A stretch of 25,567 nt of DNA from a virus (Duplodnaviria > Caudoviricetes). The notes beneath the pieces are model-generated. The model was given only the letters and a program-made list of their open reading frames with translations, was not told where the DNA came from and ran no database searches. Made by a program: the position numbers and the translations under genes. How positions within the stretch are numbered: the first letter of the stretch is position 1; every line of letters begins with the position of its first letter. The DNA is taken from positions 1-25,567 of IMG/VR virus record IMGVR_UViG_3300042326_000426. The stretch is one strand, 5' to 3'. This document shows positions 8,959 to 17,306 of the stretch, piece by piece.

Positions 8959-8966
8959 GTATTATA

Positions 8967-9905
8967 TTATGATGTTGTTAAGTCTGCAACAATTCCTGAA
9001 CCAGCTTCGTTTCTTGATTCAAGAGTATATTCAGCAACTAAGAATTGCTTCATAGCATCACCAGTTTTTGCAAGATCTTCTAAAGAGAAATCTCTTAGGT
9101 AAGCTACAGCAAAAAGATCTGGAGTGATAATTAAAGCATCTCTAGTTCTTTGAAATCTGTTTGGTGTTACTTGTAAAGCACCAAAATCAGATTCATAAAC
9201 ATCAACTGCAGCAACTAATCTTTTATTTTCAGCTGGGTCAAATCTTGTAGATCCACCTGTAAATCCAGAAAGTTTCTGCTTGTTGAAAGAACCAACCATA
9301 ACCATTGAAGGGTCGCCACCATTATCCCACACTTGTTTGATAACAGATTTTAGTTGATCCTCTGTGAAAGCTCTTTGAGTTCCATTAGTTCTAGTAGTTG
9401 TACCAGAAGTTGAAGGAGCAGTTCCTGAAGTGCTTTCGTTTGTTTTTAACCAAGAAACAATCCCAGCTAAAGTTCTAGCTGTTGATGTATTTCCAGCTGC
9501 TACAGTTGTATTAGCTAGAAGTGATGTTTCCATATCTCTCTTAAGCTCTTTTGATGCTTTAGAGATTTGGTATGCAAGCTCAGAATTTCTTCCGGCTTTG
9601 TTAACTGCTTCTAATGTTCCAGAAATAACAACTGATTTAGTTGAAATTTGAGTAACGTTAGATTTTCTTGTAGTCGCAGTAGGAGTAGAGAATGTTACTT
9701 CATCACCTTCTACTTGTGCGTTTGATCCACTAGCTGCTGCTAATGAGTCTAATTGCCATTCATGTGTTACAGCAGTCGCTTTACTTTGCGGTATGCTAGA
9801 CATGAAAGGAGTGTCTGTAGGCGATATGTTATAGATAATATCTGAAAGATCTTCTCTAAGTCCAATCGCATCGTACTTTGTAAATGTGCCTGATACTATA
9901 GCCAT
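8967..9905 (-). CDS. Major capsid protein (DUF5309/SU10-like, HK97 fold)
   Basis: GLREDLSDIIYNISPTDTPFMS, HEWQLDSL, NVTQISTKSVVISGT, KELKRDME, VYESDFG, LAKTGD and EYTLESRNE motifs; follows the scaffold. Confidence 0.9.
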   Translation of the reverse strand: MAIVSGTFTKYDAIGLREDLSDIIYNISPTDTPFMSSIPQSKATAVTHEWQLDSLAAASGSNAQVEGDEVTFSTPTATTRKSNVTQISTKSVVISGTLEAVNKAGRNSELAYQISKASKELKRDMETSLLANTTVAAGNTSTARTLAGIVSWLKTNESTSGTAPSTSGTTTRTNGTQRAFTEDQLKSVIKQVWDNGGDPSMVMVGSFNKQKLSGFTGGSTRFDPAENKRLVAAVDVYESDFGALQVTPNRFQRTRDALIITPDLFAVAYLRDFSLEDLAKTGDAMKQFLVAEYTLESRNEAGSGIVADLTTS

Positions 9906-9916
9906 TTTTTTTCCTT

Positions 9917-11002
9917 TTATTTTTTGTTAGTTATAATGTCATAAAAGATACTTGCGGCATCTTTGACATTGCCTGTCTTTTTGAGACGACCTAACTTTTC
10001 CTTACGTCTTTGGAAGTTCATATCATTGCTGTCTTTTTTCACACCTGAAGATAAAAACTTACCTGGCTTAGATGCTTGCGCAGCTGAAACAGGTTTGACA
10101 TTCTTAACGTTACGATACTTTAAAGCATCATTAACTAACATAACAATTCTATGGTCATAGATTTGTCCAATCTCAGCATCTTTAAATCCATAAGAATTTA
10201 AAAAATTTCTTAAATTGTTTTTAGTTGTACTAGCTTTTTGAGCATCATTAAATTCTGGCATTTTTTCTGCCAAGATTCTTTGCTGCTCTTGTACATAACT
10301 GCTTAGTTGTCTTTGTTGTTCTTGTTGTAGCTTATTAGCAGCTTCCATCATCTTCTCTTTTTTAAGGCGAATTTGACGTTCTACTTTTGTAGCTTCAACA
10401 GGATCTTCTTCATACAATTTATTCAGATCAACATTGTTGATTTCTGAATTTAATTGCTGTTGTGTAAAAGCAAGTATTTGATTTAATTCCGTAATACGTT
10501 TGGAATAGTCTTGCCTTTGTTGCTCCGTTTCAGACTGGAATTGCTTTTTTTCAAAAGATAATTCTTCTGTCTTTCTACGGTAGTCAGCATCTCTGGAATA
10601 ACCTTTTTTTAATTCATCTAAGGTAACCTTTAATTCTTGACCTGCTACTTTTACAGTAAAGGTGGAATCAGGTTCTTTCTGAATATCTTCTGTTTGTTCT
10701 TGAGATACGTCAGTTTCAGAAACATCACTAGTCTCTTGTTCTGTTTCTGTTTGCGTTTCATCTGTAACCTCAGGTTGATCTGATTCAGATTCCTGGTTTA
10801 TTGGTTCTTCAGAAACGACTTGTTCTTGTTTTTGAACTGGAGCTTCTTGCTCAAATTCATTTCTAGCTTCTGGTTTTACAACCTCAGCTTTTTTTTCGTT
10901 AATCTTTCCAGTTTGCGGATTAAGCAATCCTGTAATTGATTTCGCAGCTATCTGCAAATCAGACGCAGCTCCCTTAACAGGGTTGGCTTTTAACTCTGAC
11001 AT
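9917..11002 (-). CDS. Capsid scaffolding protein
   Basis: Acidic low-complexity N-half; TVKVAGQELKVTLDELKKGYSRDADYRRKT motif; coiled coil; C-terminal RLKKTGNVKDAA; AAGGAG RBS. Confidence 0.85.
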   Translation of the reverse strand: MSELKANPVKGAASDLQIAAKSITGLLNPQTGKINEKKAEVVKPEARNEFEQEAPVQKQEQVVSEEPINQESESDQPEVTDETQTETEQETSDVSETDVSQEQTEDIQKEPDSTFTVKVAGQELKVTLDELKKGYSRDADYRRKTEELSFEKKQFQSETEQQRQDYSKRITELNQILAFTQQQLNSEINNVDLNKLYEEDPVEATKVERQIRLKKEKMMEAANKLQQEQQRQLSSYVQEQQRILAEKMPEFNDAQKASTTKNNLRNFLNSYGFKDAEIGQIYDHRIVMLVNDALKYRNVKNVKPVSAAQASKPGKFLSSGVKKDSNDMNFQRRKEKLGRLKKTGNVKDAASIFYDIITNKK

Positions 11003-11062
11003 ATTGTCTCCTTTTAGTTGAAGTTCCGCTATAAAGCGGTTGACCTATCCTAATTTTTATTA

Positions 11063-11356
11063 TTAGAATTCTTTTTTTTCTATGGATGCTCTGAAATCTT
11101 CTAATTGTTTTTTAGCAAGTTTTCCAGTTTCCATAATCTCAATAAAATGATGTTCAACTTTTTGAACTATCTGAAATGCTAGCCATAATTTTTCTCTAGC
11201 ATCTTGTTCATTAACACCTGTGTTTAATAAACTTTGAGAATATAATTTCTTTAAAGTTTCAATTGCTTCTACAAATATTGGTTCTTGTAAAACCAACTTT
11301 GCTTTTTCCGATCTACTAACTTCCGATTGGAGTTTCGCTTGATCCTGTTGTTGCAT
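11063..11356 (-). CDS. Conserved small helical protein between portal and scaffold
   Basis: EQDAREKLWLAFQIVQKVEHHF..IMETGKLA; synteny typical of this phage architecture. Confidence 0.65.
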   Translation of the reverse strand: MQQQDQAKLQSEVSRSEKAKLVLQEPIFVEAIETLKKLYSQSLLNTGVNEQDAREKLWLAFQIVQKVEHHFIEIMETGKLAKKQLEDFRASIEKKEF

Positions 11357-13484
11357 TTAATTCCTGTACCTGTTGTCCAAATTCTTGTGTTGCTTTTTGA
11401 GCTGCTGTTAAATTTTTAGAAGCATTATTTAATCTAGCTTTTGTTAAATTAACTTCTCCTTGTAATTTTGCAACGTCAATCTGTGTATTATACTTTAACT
11501 CTAATTCTTTCATTTTTGTTTGAAAGTCAAGCTGCATTTTTGAACTATTTAGTTGTAATTCTTTAAATTGTAATTCTAAGTCAGCTTGTTTTCTCTTGTT
11601 TTCACTATCTATTCTAGTGAATTCAATCTTTTCAATAGGCGTTAAAGCAGGTGCTTGCGGCGGTTGAACATACTGCATACCAACATCTGGGTTAACAAAG
11701 TAATTCTCTGTGTTTTTAAGACCAGCATTTTCAATCATTTTAGATAACGTATTATAAATATTTTTTAAAGTTACCATTGGATATTCTTTATTACCTTGCA
11801 AAGTAAATGCTTGTAATTGTTTTTCAAGAATACTGTTTAAAATAACTAATTGTTGTTCTTTAGAACCAGAACCTAATCCAACTACAATATTAATATTATA
11901 TTTATCTTTCCATTCAGTTGGTCTTACTGGAATAAATACATTATTTAATTGTACTAATCTTTCTACTTCTTGGTATTTAACTGTTAATTCAAAAATCTTT
12001 TCAAATAATTCTTTAACACCAGTCTCTGCAAATATTCTAGCAATCAACTCCATACGCATTTGTGTTTGCGTCATTAGAGTATTAATTCCTGTTGCAGTTT
12101 TATTTAAACTATCAGCGTCTAATCCTTGTGCGTATCTTGTAACACCAGTTCTTGTTTCTCTAACTGTGTCTAAGTATTCAAGTAATGGAAATGCTTGAGC
12201 AGAAATTGTTTGGTTCTGCATTGGTAACATAACTTGAGAAGGCGGTTGTTTTGTTCTTACAACTCCACCTGGTCTAGCCGTAAGTAAATCATCAAGATTT
12301 ACCATTCCATCCATAATCGCAATACGATTATTATTTGTTAGATACATATTGTCTAACAACTGTCTTAAAACTGTAGATTTAATTAATTGAATATCTTGTA
12401 CTAATTCTGAAACTGATCTGCCATAAAATCTGTGTGGCATTGGTATTGGAGTTAATGAACAAAAAGGAATTGAATCAACTTCAACGTTATCTAATATTGC
12501 ATCAGAAGTATCTCCAACAACTGTAATCTTTCTTAATTCTGCAAGACCATCTCCATCAAAATCTAATCTTACATAACATTCAAAAACGTCAATTGCATCT
12601 GTTGAAGAATCTGGAGAAGATGTAAATGGATATTCGTCTATATCAGAATATCTAGTTAATTTTTCAGAGTTAAAAATAATTTCTTGTGAGTGTGGTAATG
12701 TAGCTATGATGTCTTTATCATAACCCATTTGAATTAATTCAGTTCTTGTCTTAGTAGTTCTATGCGCTACAAAATTTGAATCTTGTATTGTCTTAGCATT
12801 TCTTTGTATTAAAAATTCTTCTGGTGGTACGTTTTCAATTTTAACTCTACCTTCGTCAGAACTTCTTCTTATTCTAAGGTTATGTTTCTTTGGTCTTGGT
12901 AAATTTAATACTTGACCTTGTTGAGCTGCTATTGCTTCTAATGCTTTAATTTGTTCGTCTTGAGACTCATCTTCTTCTTCTGAGTGTTCTATAACCTCAA
13001 CGTTTTCATCATTAATAATAGATTGGTAAGAATCTTCATTTAGATCTTGATATGTTTCATGTTCATATTTTTTGCTTTCATCCCAATAAACTTTGACAAT
13101 ACCATTCTTTTCTAAAAGCGCATCTTTGAACCAACTATATAAAATTGTAAAACCTGGATTATCTTTATTAAAAATATAATTAATATAATTTGTAGCTTGG
13201 TCAGCAAGAGCAACATCTTCTGCTTTGACTGGTTCGCAAACAACAGTTCTATCTGATGCTGTAAAAATTCTAAGAAGATTTGGAAGTATAGTTTCAATAG
13301 TGTCAGCAACGTCAGTAGATACAACTTGAGAACGACCATCTATTTCAGTACCTAGTTTTTCTCCTAAATAATATTCAACTGATTTTTTTCTTTGTTCAGA
13401 TAATTGTCCACCCAAATAACCTAGTGATGAATTTATTTCTGTACTGATAATATTCTTTATTTCTGTATCTGTTAATTTTGCCAT
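11316..13484 (-). CDS. Portal protein (P22-like)
   Basis: 722 aa; GRSQVVSTDVADTIE, WFKDALLEKNGIVKVYW, VKIENVPPEEF, PMPHRFYGRS and RIFAETGVKELF motifs; C-terminal coiled coil (barrel). Confidence 0.9.
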   Translation of the reverse strand: MAKLTDTEIKNIISTEINSSLGYLGGQLSEQRKKSVEYYLGEKLGTEIDGRSQVVSTDVADTIETILPNLLRIFTASDRTVVCEPVKAEDVALADQATNYINYIFNKDNPGFTILYSWFKDALLEKNGIVKVYWDESKKYEHETYQDLNEDSYQSIINDENVEVIEHSEEEDESQDEQIKALEAIAAQQGQVLNLPRPKKHNLRIRRSSDEGRVKIENVPPEEFLIQRNAKTIQDSNFVAHRTTKTRTELIQMGYDKDIIATLPHSQEIIFNSEKLTRYSDIDEYPFTSSPDSSTDAIDVFECYVRLDFDGDGLAELRKITVVGDTSDAILDNVEVDSIPFCSLTPIPMPHRFYGRSVSELVQDIQLIKSTVLRQLLDNMYLTNNNRIAIMDGMVNLDDLLTARPGGVVRTKQPPSQVMLPMQNQTISAQAFPLLEYLDTVRETRTGVTRYAQGLDADSLNKTATGINTLMTQTQMRMELIARIFAETGVKELFEKIFELTVKYQEVERLVQLNNVFIPVRPTEWKDKYNINIVVGLGSGSKEQQLVILNSILEKQLQAFTLQGNKEYPMVTLKNIYNTLSKMIENAGLKNTENYFVNPDVGMQYVQPPQAPALTPIEKIEFTRIDSENKRKQADLELQFKELQLNSSKMQLDFQTKMKELELKYNTQIDVAKLQGEVNLTKARLNNASKNLTAAQKATQEFGQQVQELNATTGSSETPIGS

Positions 13485-13485
13485 A

Positions 13486-13713
13486 TTAATTTATTGACTT
13501 AAAATATTTAGAAAAGAACTCTGATTTATTTTTATTATTTAAAACTAAATCTCCACCTTTTTCGCCTATAGGTATATCTCTAAAATATAATTCTTTAGGT
13601 TCAGGGTATAATCCTTCTTCAATTAATTTTTTTTCTCTCTCACTTAAGAAATCTTTTAGCTCATCTTGAACTTCAATATAAGAGCTTGGGTCTCTGTCTT
13701 TAGTTGATTTCAT
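13486..13713 (-). CDS. Hypothetical protein between TerL and portal (about 75 aa)
   Basis: ORF track gives 13486-13722; the ATG at 13713 just after the TerL stop is the more likely start. Confidence 0.55.
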   Translation of the reverse strand: MKSTKDRDPSSYIEVQDELKDFLSEREKKLIEEGLYPEPKELYFRDIPIGEKGGDLVLNNKNKSEFFSKYFKSIN

Positions 13714-13714
13714 A

Positions 13715-14983
13715 TTAAACAATATAGTTCGTATTTACTTCTATCTTTTTTTTCCAATTTGTCATCTCAATTCCGTAGCCAACTATTCCTGTTCTTAAAG
13801 CATCGGCGGCATGGCTTGCAAAATTGTGTATGGGTCTATTCCTAAAACATTGGTTTAAGTCGTCCCATTTTTTCTGATATGACTTTAAACATTCCATACC
13901 ATAATGGCATTTGTTTTTGTCAAACCAACAGGTAGGTAGAGCTTTTCTTACTGCTTCAATCCCATCTTCTAAAGATAGTTTAGGCGCAACCTCAAATGCT
14001 ATACCTAATTCTAATGCAGTTTCCAACCTTGATTTACCATAAGCTCCTAATTCTCTAACCTTAATATCATGTGGAGCAATATGTCTTGAATACTTATAAC
14101 CTTTGTTATCAATAATATTTGCGTAGTGGTCTAATCCTTCGCCAGCGTTTTCGTAAAAATCTATTAATCTTATTTCGCCTTTGTGTCTTTGGGCAAACCA
14201 AATAACAGTAGAATCATTCATTCCTAAATCCCACCATGTTTCAACCGGTAGTTCTTTGTCGTATAAATTATCTATAACCCTACCATTCTTTTCGGCATCC
14301 TCAATAATAGATCCGTAATAAGAACCTGTTATTGCTGCTTGAAAAGAACACTCAAACTCTTGGTCAAACAAGTCATCTGACATAATTGACTTTGCTGCCT
14401 TTAACTCATCATCATCTAGTATCTTTGTTTCAGATGCTTTGTGTAATGATGAATACCAACCTTCTGTCTTTTGGGCGTATTGGTATAATTCAAAAAAATA
14501 ATTTTTACCTTTTGGCGTTCCAATAAAAACGCACCATCCTTTCCTATCTGCCAAAGATGGTCTTATGATTTCAGGAAATAGGTTTGGGGCAATACTTTGT
14601 GTTTCATCTAAAATACAACCGTCTAAAAATATACCTCTTAGAGCTTGGTCATTTTCAGCGCCAAGAATTGTAATCCTTGCACCATTTGGAAAGTCAGCTC
14701 TTAATTCTGATTCGTTAAACTTAACTCCTGGAATTTTACCACCAAAGGTTTTGATGTAATCCCAAGCTGTTGCCTTACCTTGTTTAAAAGTTGGAGAGAT
14801 AAATGCGTACCTAGAATTTGGCTTCTTGGTGTACATCGCATCTCTAATCATGTGATTAATACACATCACAGTCTTACCAGCTCTTCGGTGCAAGACCAAT
14901 ACGGAGAATCGGTGCTTAGAGATTTTATCATGCAAAAATTTTTGCAATTCTCTTGGCTTGTATGGAATCTCAAATACTGGCAT
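13715..14983 (-). CDS. terL: Terminase large subunit
   Basis: Walker A HRRAGKT, Walker B GCILDE, motif III FIGTPKG, nuclease WDLGMNDST and C-terminal SHAADALR. Confidence 0.95.
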   Translation of the reverse strand: MPVFEIPYKPRELQKFLHDKISKHRFSVLVLHRRAGKTVMCINHMIRDAMYTKKPNSRYAFISPTFKQGKATAWDYIKTFGGKIPGVKFNESELRADFPNGARITILGAENDQALRGIFLDGCILDETQSIAPNLFPEIIRPSLADRKGWCVFIGTPKGKNYFFELYQYAQKTEGWYSSLHKASETKILDDDELKAAKSIMSDDLFDQEFECSFQAAITGSYYGSIIEDAEKNGRVIDNLYDKELPVETWWDLGMNDSTVIWFAQRHKGEIRLIDFYENAGEGLDHYANIIDNKGYKYSRHIAPHDIKVRELGAYGKSRLETALELGIAFEVAPKLSLEDGIEAVRKALPTCWFDKNKCHYGMECLKSYQKKWDDLNQCFRNRPIHNFASHAADALRTGIVGYGIEMTNWKKKIEVNTNYIV

Positions 14984-15006
14984 TTTTAAATAAAACCCCC
15001 CTATCC

Positions 15007-15180
15007 TTAATGGACAGTCATGGGTTTAGCAACTGGTATCTTATCTAGTTCTAGTTCTTCTGTAATGTGTTGGCTAAAGCACCAAGCATCTTCGTAATCT
15101 TCAAATCCATTGAACATAACTATTACTGAATTAGTCATATCGTCAACCATTACTAGAGCTTTGTATTTAGGGTTTTTCAT
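15007..15180 (-). CDS. Small hypothetical protein (57 aa)
   Basis: MKNPKYKALVMVDDMTNSVIVMFNGFEDYEDAWCFSQHITEELELDKIPVAKPMTVH; the ATG at 15180 is preferred over the non-ATG start at 15318. Confidence 0.55.
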   Translation of the reverse strand: MKNPKYKALVMVDDMTNSVIVMFNGFEDYEDAWCFSQHITEELELDKIPVAKPMTVH

Positions 15181-15547
15181 TTGGGTTTTTGTAGTTTGTA
15201 TGTGTGTACCTTCTAACGTTATATTGACGACGCCAGATTTTGCTTTGGGGTATGGTCTAAACAAAACCCCCCCTATTTGCCTTGTAAAACGTATGAAACG
15301 CCTGCTTGCCTGGCGCAATACAACCTATGCTGCATTTCCGATAATTGTTTGTTATCACCAGTTTTAGACAATAGCTTGTCAACAGCGCAGTAATTCTATC
15401 GTAGGTTGCTAATGATAATTCTGGGTTATCAATAGTAATAATGTTTTTAGCTTATAGGTTGCATGTGCAACGTTGTGTCTGAACTTTGCAATTATCCTAC
15501 AAACAAATCAATAAAATCAACAGCTTTAATTAAAAAACAACTAATAA
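15181..15547. other. Palindrome-rich non-coding region between terS and terL (candidate packaging-initiation / terminase-binding region)
   Basis: GATAATT-N4-GTTATC at 15340-15356 and 15414-15430; GACAA-N4-TTGTC at 15367-15380; GTTGCA-TG-TGCAAC at 15458-15471; AAAAC(6-7)TAT at 15263-15276, also at 14992-15004. Confidence 0.4.
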
Positions 15548-15976
15548 TTAATCTTGCCACTTAATGATTATTGGGTCTTTATTATTACCAGAAAGACTTA
15601 AATTATCCTTTTTAGCATATACTTTTGAAGCTATTCTCTCACTCTTCCATTTCGCCAAATCTAAATATGCTTTGATTAAATGTGTTTGGGCTAAGTCCGG
15701 TCTCAAGTTCTTGTCTGTTTCGTTCTGCGATTTATTAATACTTTTATTTATATACTCTTCAGCATTAGCTAAAAGATATTCGCAACCGTCTTGCTTGGCT
15801 TGTGTATATTTCTCTCTTCGTTCTGGGTATTTGTTTATCCATTGTCTAAAACATTCCCAAGTTGGTCGCTCTGGTCTCTCTTTAGTGTTTAGCACTTCTC
15901 TGATAGATTGACCTTCTGCCAGCTCCTGACATATTTGGTCAAATAATATTTCTGTGTATTTTGTTTTATTAGCCAT
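15548..15976 (-). CDS. terS: Terminase small subunit (Sf6 gp1-like)
   Basis: KYTEILFDQICQELAEGQSIREVL..PTWECFRQWI..REKYTQAKQDG..KWKSERIASKVY..PIIIKW; upstream of TerL. Confidence 0.85.
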   Translation of the reverse strand: MANKTKYTEILFDQICQELAEGQSIREVLNTKERPERPTWECFRQWINKYPERREKYTQAKQDGCEYLLANAEEYINKSINKSQNETDKNLRPDLAQTHLIKAYLDLAKWKSERIASKVYAKKDNLSLSGNNKDPIIIKWQD

Positions 15977-15981
15977 GTTTA

Positions 15982-15997
15982 TGTTCCTATTATGTTC
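15982..15997. promoter_or_regulatory. Alphaproteobacterial LexA-type box GTTC-N7-GTTC
   Basis: TGTTCCTATTATGTTC overlapping the terS ribosome-binding region. Confidence 0.55.
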
Positions 15998-16033
15998 CTG
16001 TTGATAAGTATATTAAAATAATGTGTTTAAGTG

Positions 16034-16073
16034 TATTGACAGTCTATTTACAATATGATTTACTCCGAATCAC
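16034..16073 (+). promoter_or_regulatory. Sigma70-type promoter with a CGAATCA (GANTC) element near the start site
   Basis: TTGACA at 16036-16041, 17-bp spacer, TTTACT, then CGAATCA at 16066-16072. Shares TATTGACAGTC and CGAATCAC with the promoter at 21139-21179. Confidence 0.6.
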
Positions 16074-16097
16074 TTAAACAATAACTACGGAGATAAA

Positions 16098-16580
16098 ATG
16101 AAAAAAACAATATCTTTACCTAAAATTGATTTTAACAATATAGGTAAGAAAATAAATGCAGTTGACTTAGAAATAAGTTTTGAAAACGGTTGTTTTGCTG
16201 CAAGCGGTACAGTTTGGAATAATATTAAATCTGATTGTATTGCAGCAGGTCAAATGCTTGGAGAAATTTCAAAATTTTATCCAAACAATAAACTTGTTAA
16301 AAAAATAGTAAGTATTTGGAGTCAATACCATTTAAACGATTTAACTCCAGGTTCTCCTAAACAAATGGCTTATTTAAAATCATTATCTAAACCATCTGAC
16401 GCAGAGTTTTACACTTGGGAGTGTGAACAGCTTAAAAAGGTTGATTTGTTAATTGATAAATCTTTTTTTCATAACAACGAACCTTATAAATACGGTTCAG
16501 CTTGGTTAAAAACTGAAATACCTGAAAATGTTCAGCAAGAAATATTTTCAATTATAAATGAAAATAAACAAGCAGCTTAA
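16098..16580 (+). CDS. Conserved phage hypothetical protein (160 aa)
   Basis: CGGAGA RBS; GQ..., W..YHLND..G and YKYGSAWLKTEIP motifs; function unknown. Confidence 0.7.
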   Translation: MKKTISLPKIDFNNIGKKINAVDLEISFENGCFAASGTVWNNIKSDCIAAGQMLGEISKFYPNNKLVKKIVSIWSQYHLNDLTPGSPKQMAYLKSLSKPSDAEFYTWECEQLKKVDLLIDKSFFHNNEPYKYGSAWLKTEIPENVQQEIFSIINENKQAA

Positions 16581-16602
16581 CAATTAACCGGAGATATAAA
16601 CA

Positions 16603-16755
16603 ATGTACTTAACAACTAAAGAATATAAGAAAGCTAAAAAACAAAAATACAAGTTTAAAAAGTTAACCGACTTAGGATTTAAGAAGCTGCCAACTGATGA
16701 CGGCTTTGTAATGTTTGAGTTAAATCCTGCAACACTTAACAAAGGTAATAAATAA
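16603..16755 (+). CDS. Small basic hypothetical protein (50 aa)
   Basis: Not in the ORF track. MYLTTKEYKKAKKQKYKFKKLTDLGFKKLPTDDGFVMFELNPATLNKGNK; CGGAGA RBS. Confidence 0.65.
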   Translation: MYLTTKEYKKAKKQKYKFKKLTDLGFKKLPTDDGFVMFELNPATLNKGNK

Positions 16756-16911
16756 ATGATTGAAGCTGTAAAATGTAATGATTGTCAATTTATTGGCGAA
16801 GAGGATAACTTAGAAATATTAAAAGACAATACAGAATATTTTAAAGGGTGTCCAAATTGTAAAACAGACTCATACTTAATTGATGTTGAAACAATCAAGG
16901 AGCTAAACTAA
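16756..16911 (+). CDS. Small zinc-ribbon protein (51 aa)
   Basis: Not in the ORF track. MIEAVKCNDCQFIGEEDNLEILKDNTEYFKGCPNCKTDSYLIDVETIKELN, two CxxC motifs; AAGGT RBS. Confidence 0.7.
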   Translation: MIEAVKCNDCQFIGEEDNLEILKDNTEYFKGCPNCKTDSYLIDVETIKELN

Positions 16912-17021
16912 TGAACGAAGATCTTAAACAATGCTTGCTTGCAATAGGTGTTATTGCTGCTGCATATTCTTCTATGTATTTATTTTATTATGTAAGTAAA
17001 TATTTAGACCTTATTAACTAA
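16911..17021 (+). CDS. Single-TM micro-protein (36 aa)
   Basis: MNEDLKQCLLAIGVIAAAYSSMYLFYYVSKYLDLIN; AAGGAG RBS; TAATG overlap. Confidence 0.6.
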   Translation: MNEDLKQCLLAIGVIAAAYSSMYLFYYVSKYLDLIN

Positions 17022-17030
17022 CATATTAAA

Positions 17031-17114
17031 ATGGATAATGGTTCACCGGCGATAGCTTTAATAATATTTGGTATTAATGTTTTAATATTATTAATTTATT
17101 ATTTAACTATCTAA
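17031..17114 (+). CDS. Possible single-TM micro-protein (27 aa)
   Basis: MDNGSPAIALIIFGINVLILLIYYLTI; no clear RBS. Confidence 0.35.
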   Translation: MDNGSPAIALIIFGINVLILLIYYLTI

Positions 17115-17119
17115 TCTCA

Positions 17120-17170
17120 TCAAGTGGAGTATCGGATAACAATGTATATGGAGAGCAACACTCCACTTGA
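17120..17170. terminator. Inverted repeat between convergent transcription units
   Basis: TCAAGTGGAGT (17120-17130) and ACTCCACTTGA (17160-17170): perfect 11-bp arms with a 29-nt loop. Confidence 0.5.
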
Positions 17171-17263
17171 AACCTTAATTTAATCTATATGTTTAGGGGA
17201 TAAAAAGAGAGATTTAAGATTAAGATTATATTGAATATAGAAATACCAATACTATCAGATTTC

Positions 17264-17289
17264 TGTACCTAAAATGTTCTTTTTGTCAA
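17264..17289 (-). promoter_or_regulatory. Candidate late promoter with a LexA-type box in its spacer
   Basis: TTGACA (17289-17284), followed on the minus strand by GAAC-N7-GTAC (17279-17265) overlapping the spacer and -10 region (TACAGA). Confidence 0.5.
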
Positions 17290-17306
17290 TCAATAAAAAA
17301 TAAATA

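Noticed and set aside
8967-9000. Programmed frameshift or read-through extending the major capsid protein
   Set aside because: No slippery heptamer near the stop; a TAA stop is followed by a hairpin, and the next gene has its own RBS.
15181-15318. N-terminal extension of ORF 15007-15318
   Set aside because: Non-ATG start without an RBS, running through the palindrome-rich non-coding region; the ATG at 15180 is preferred.
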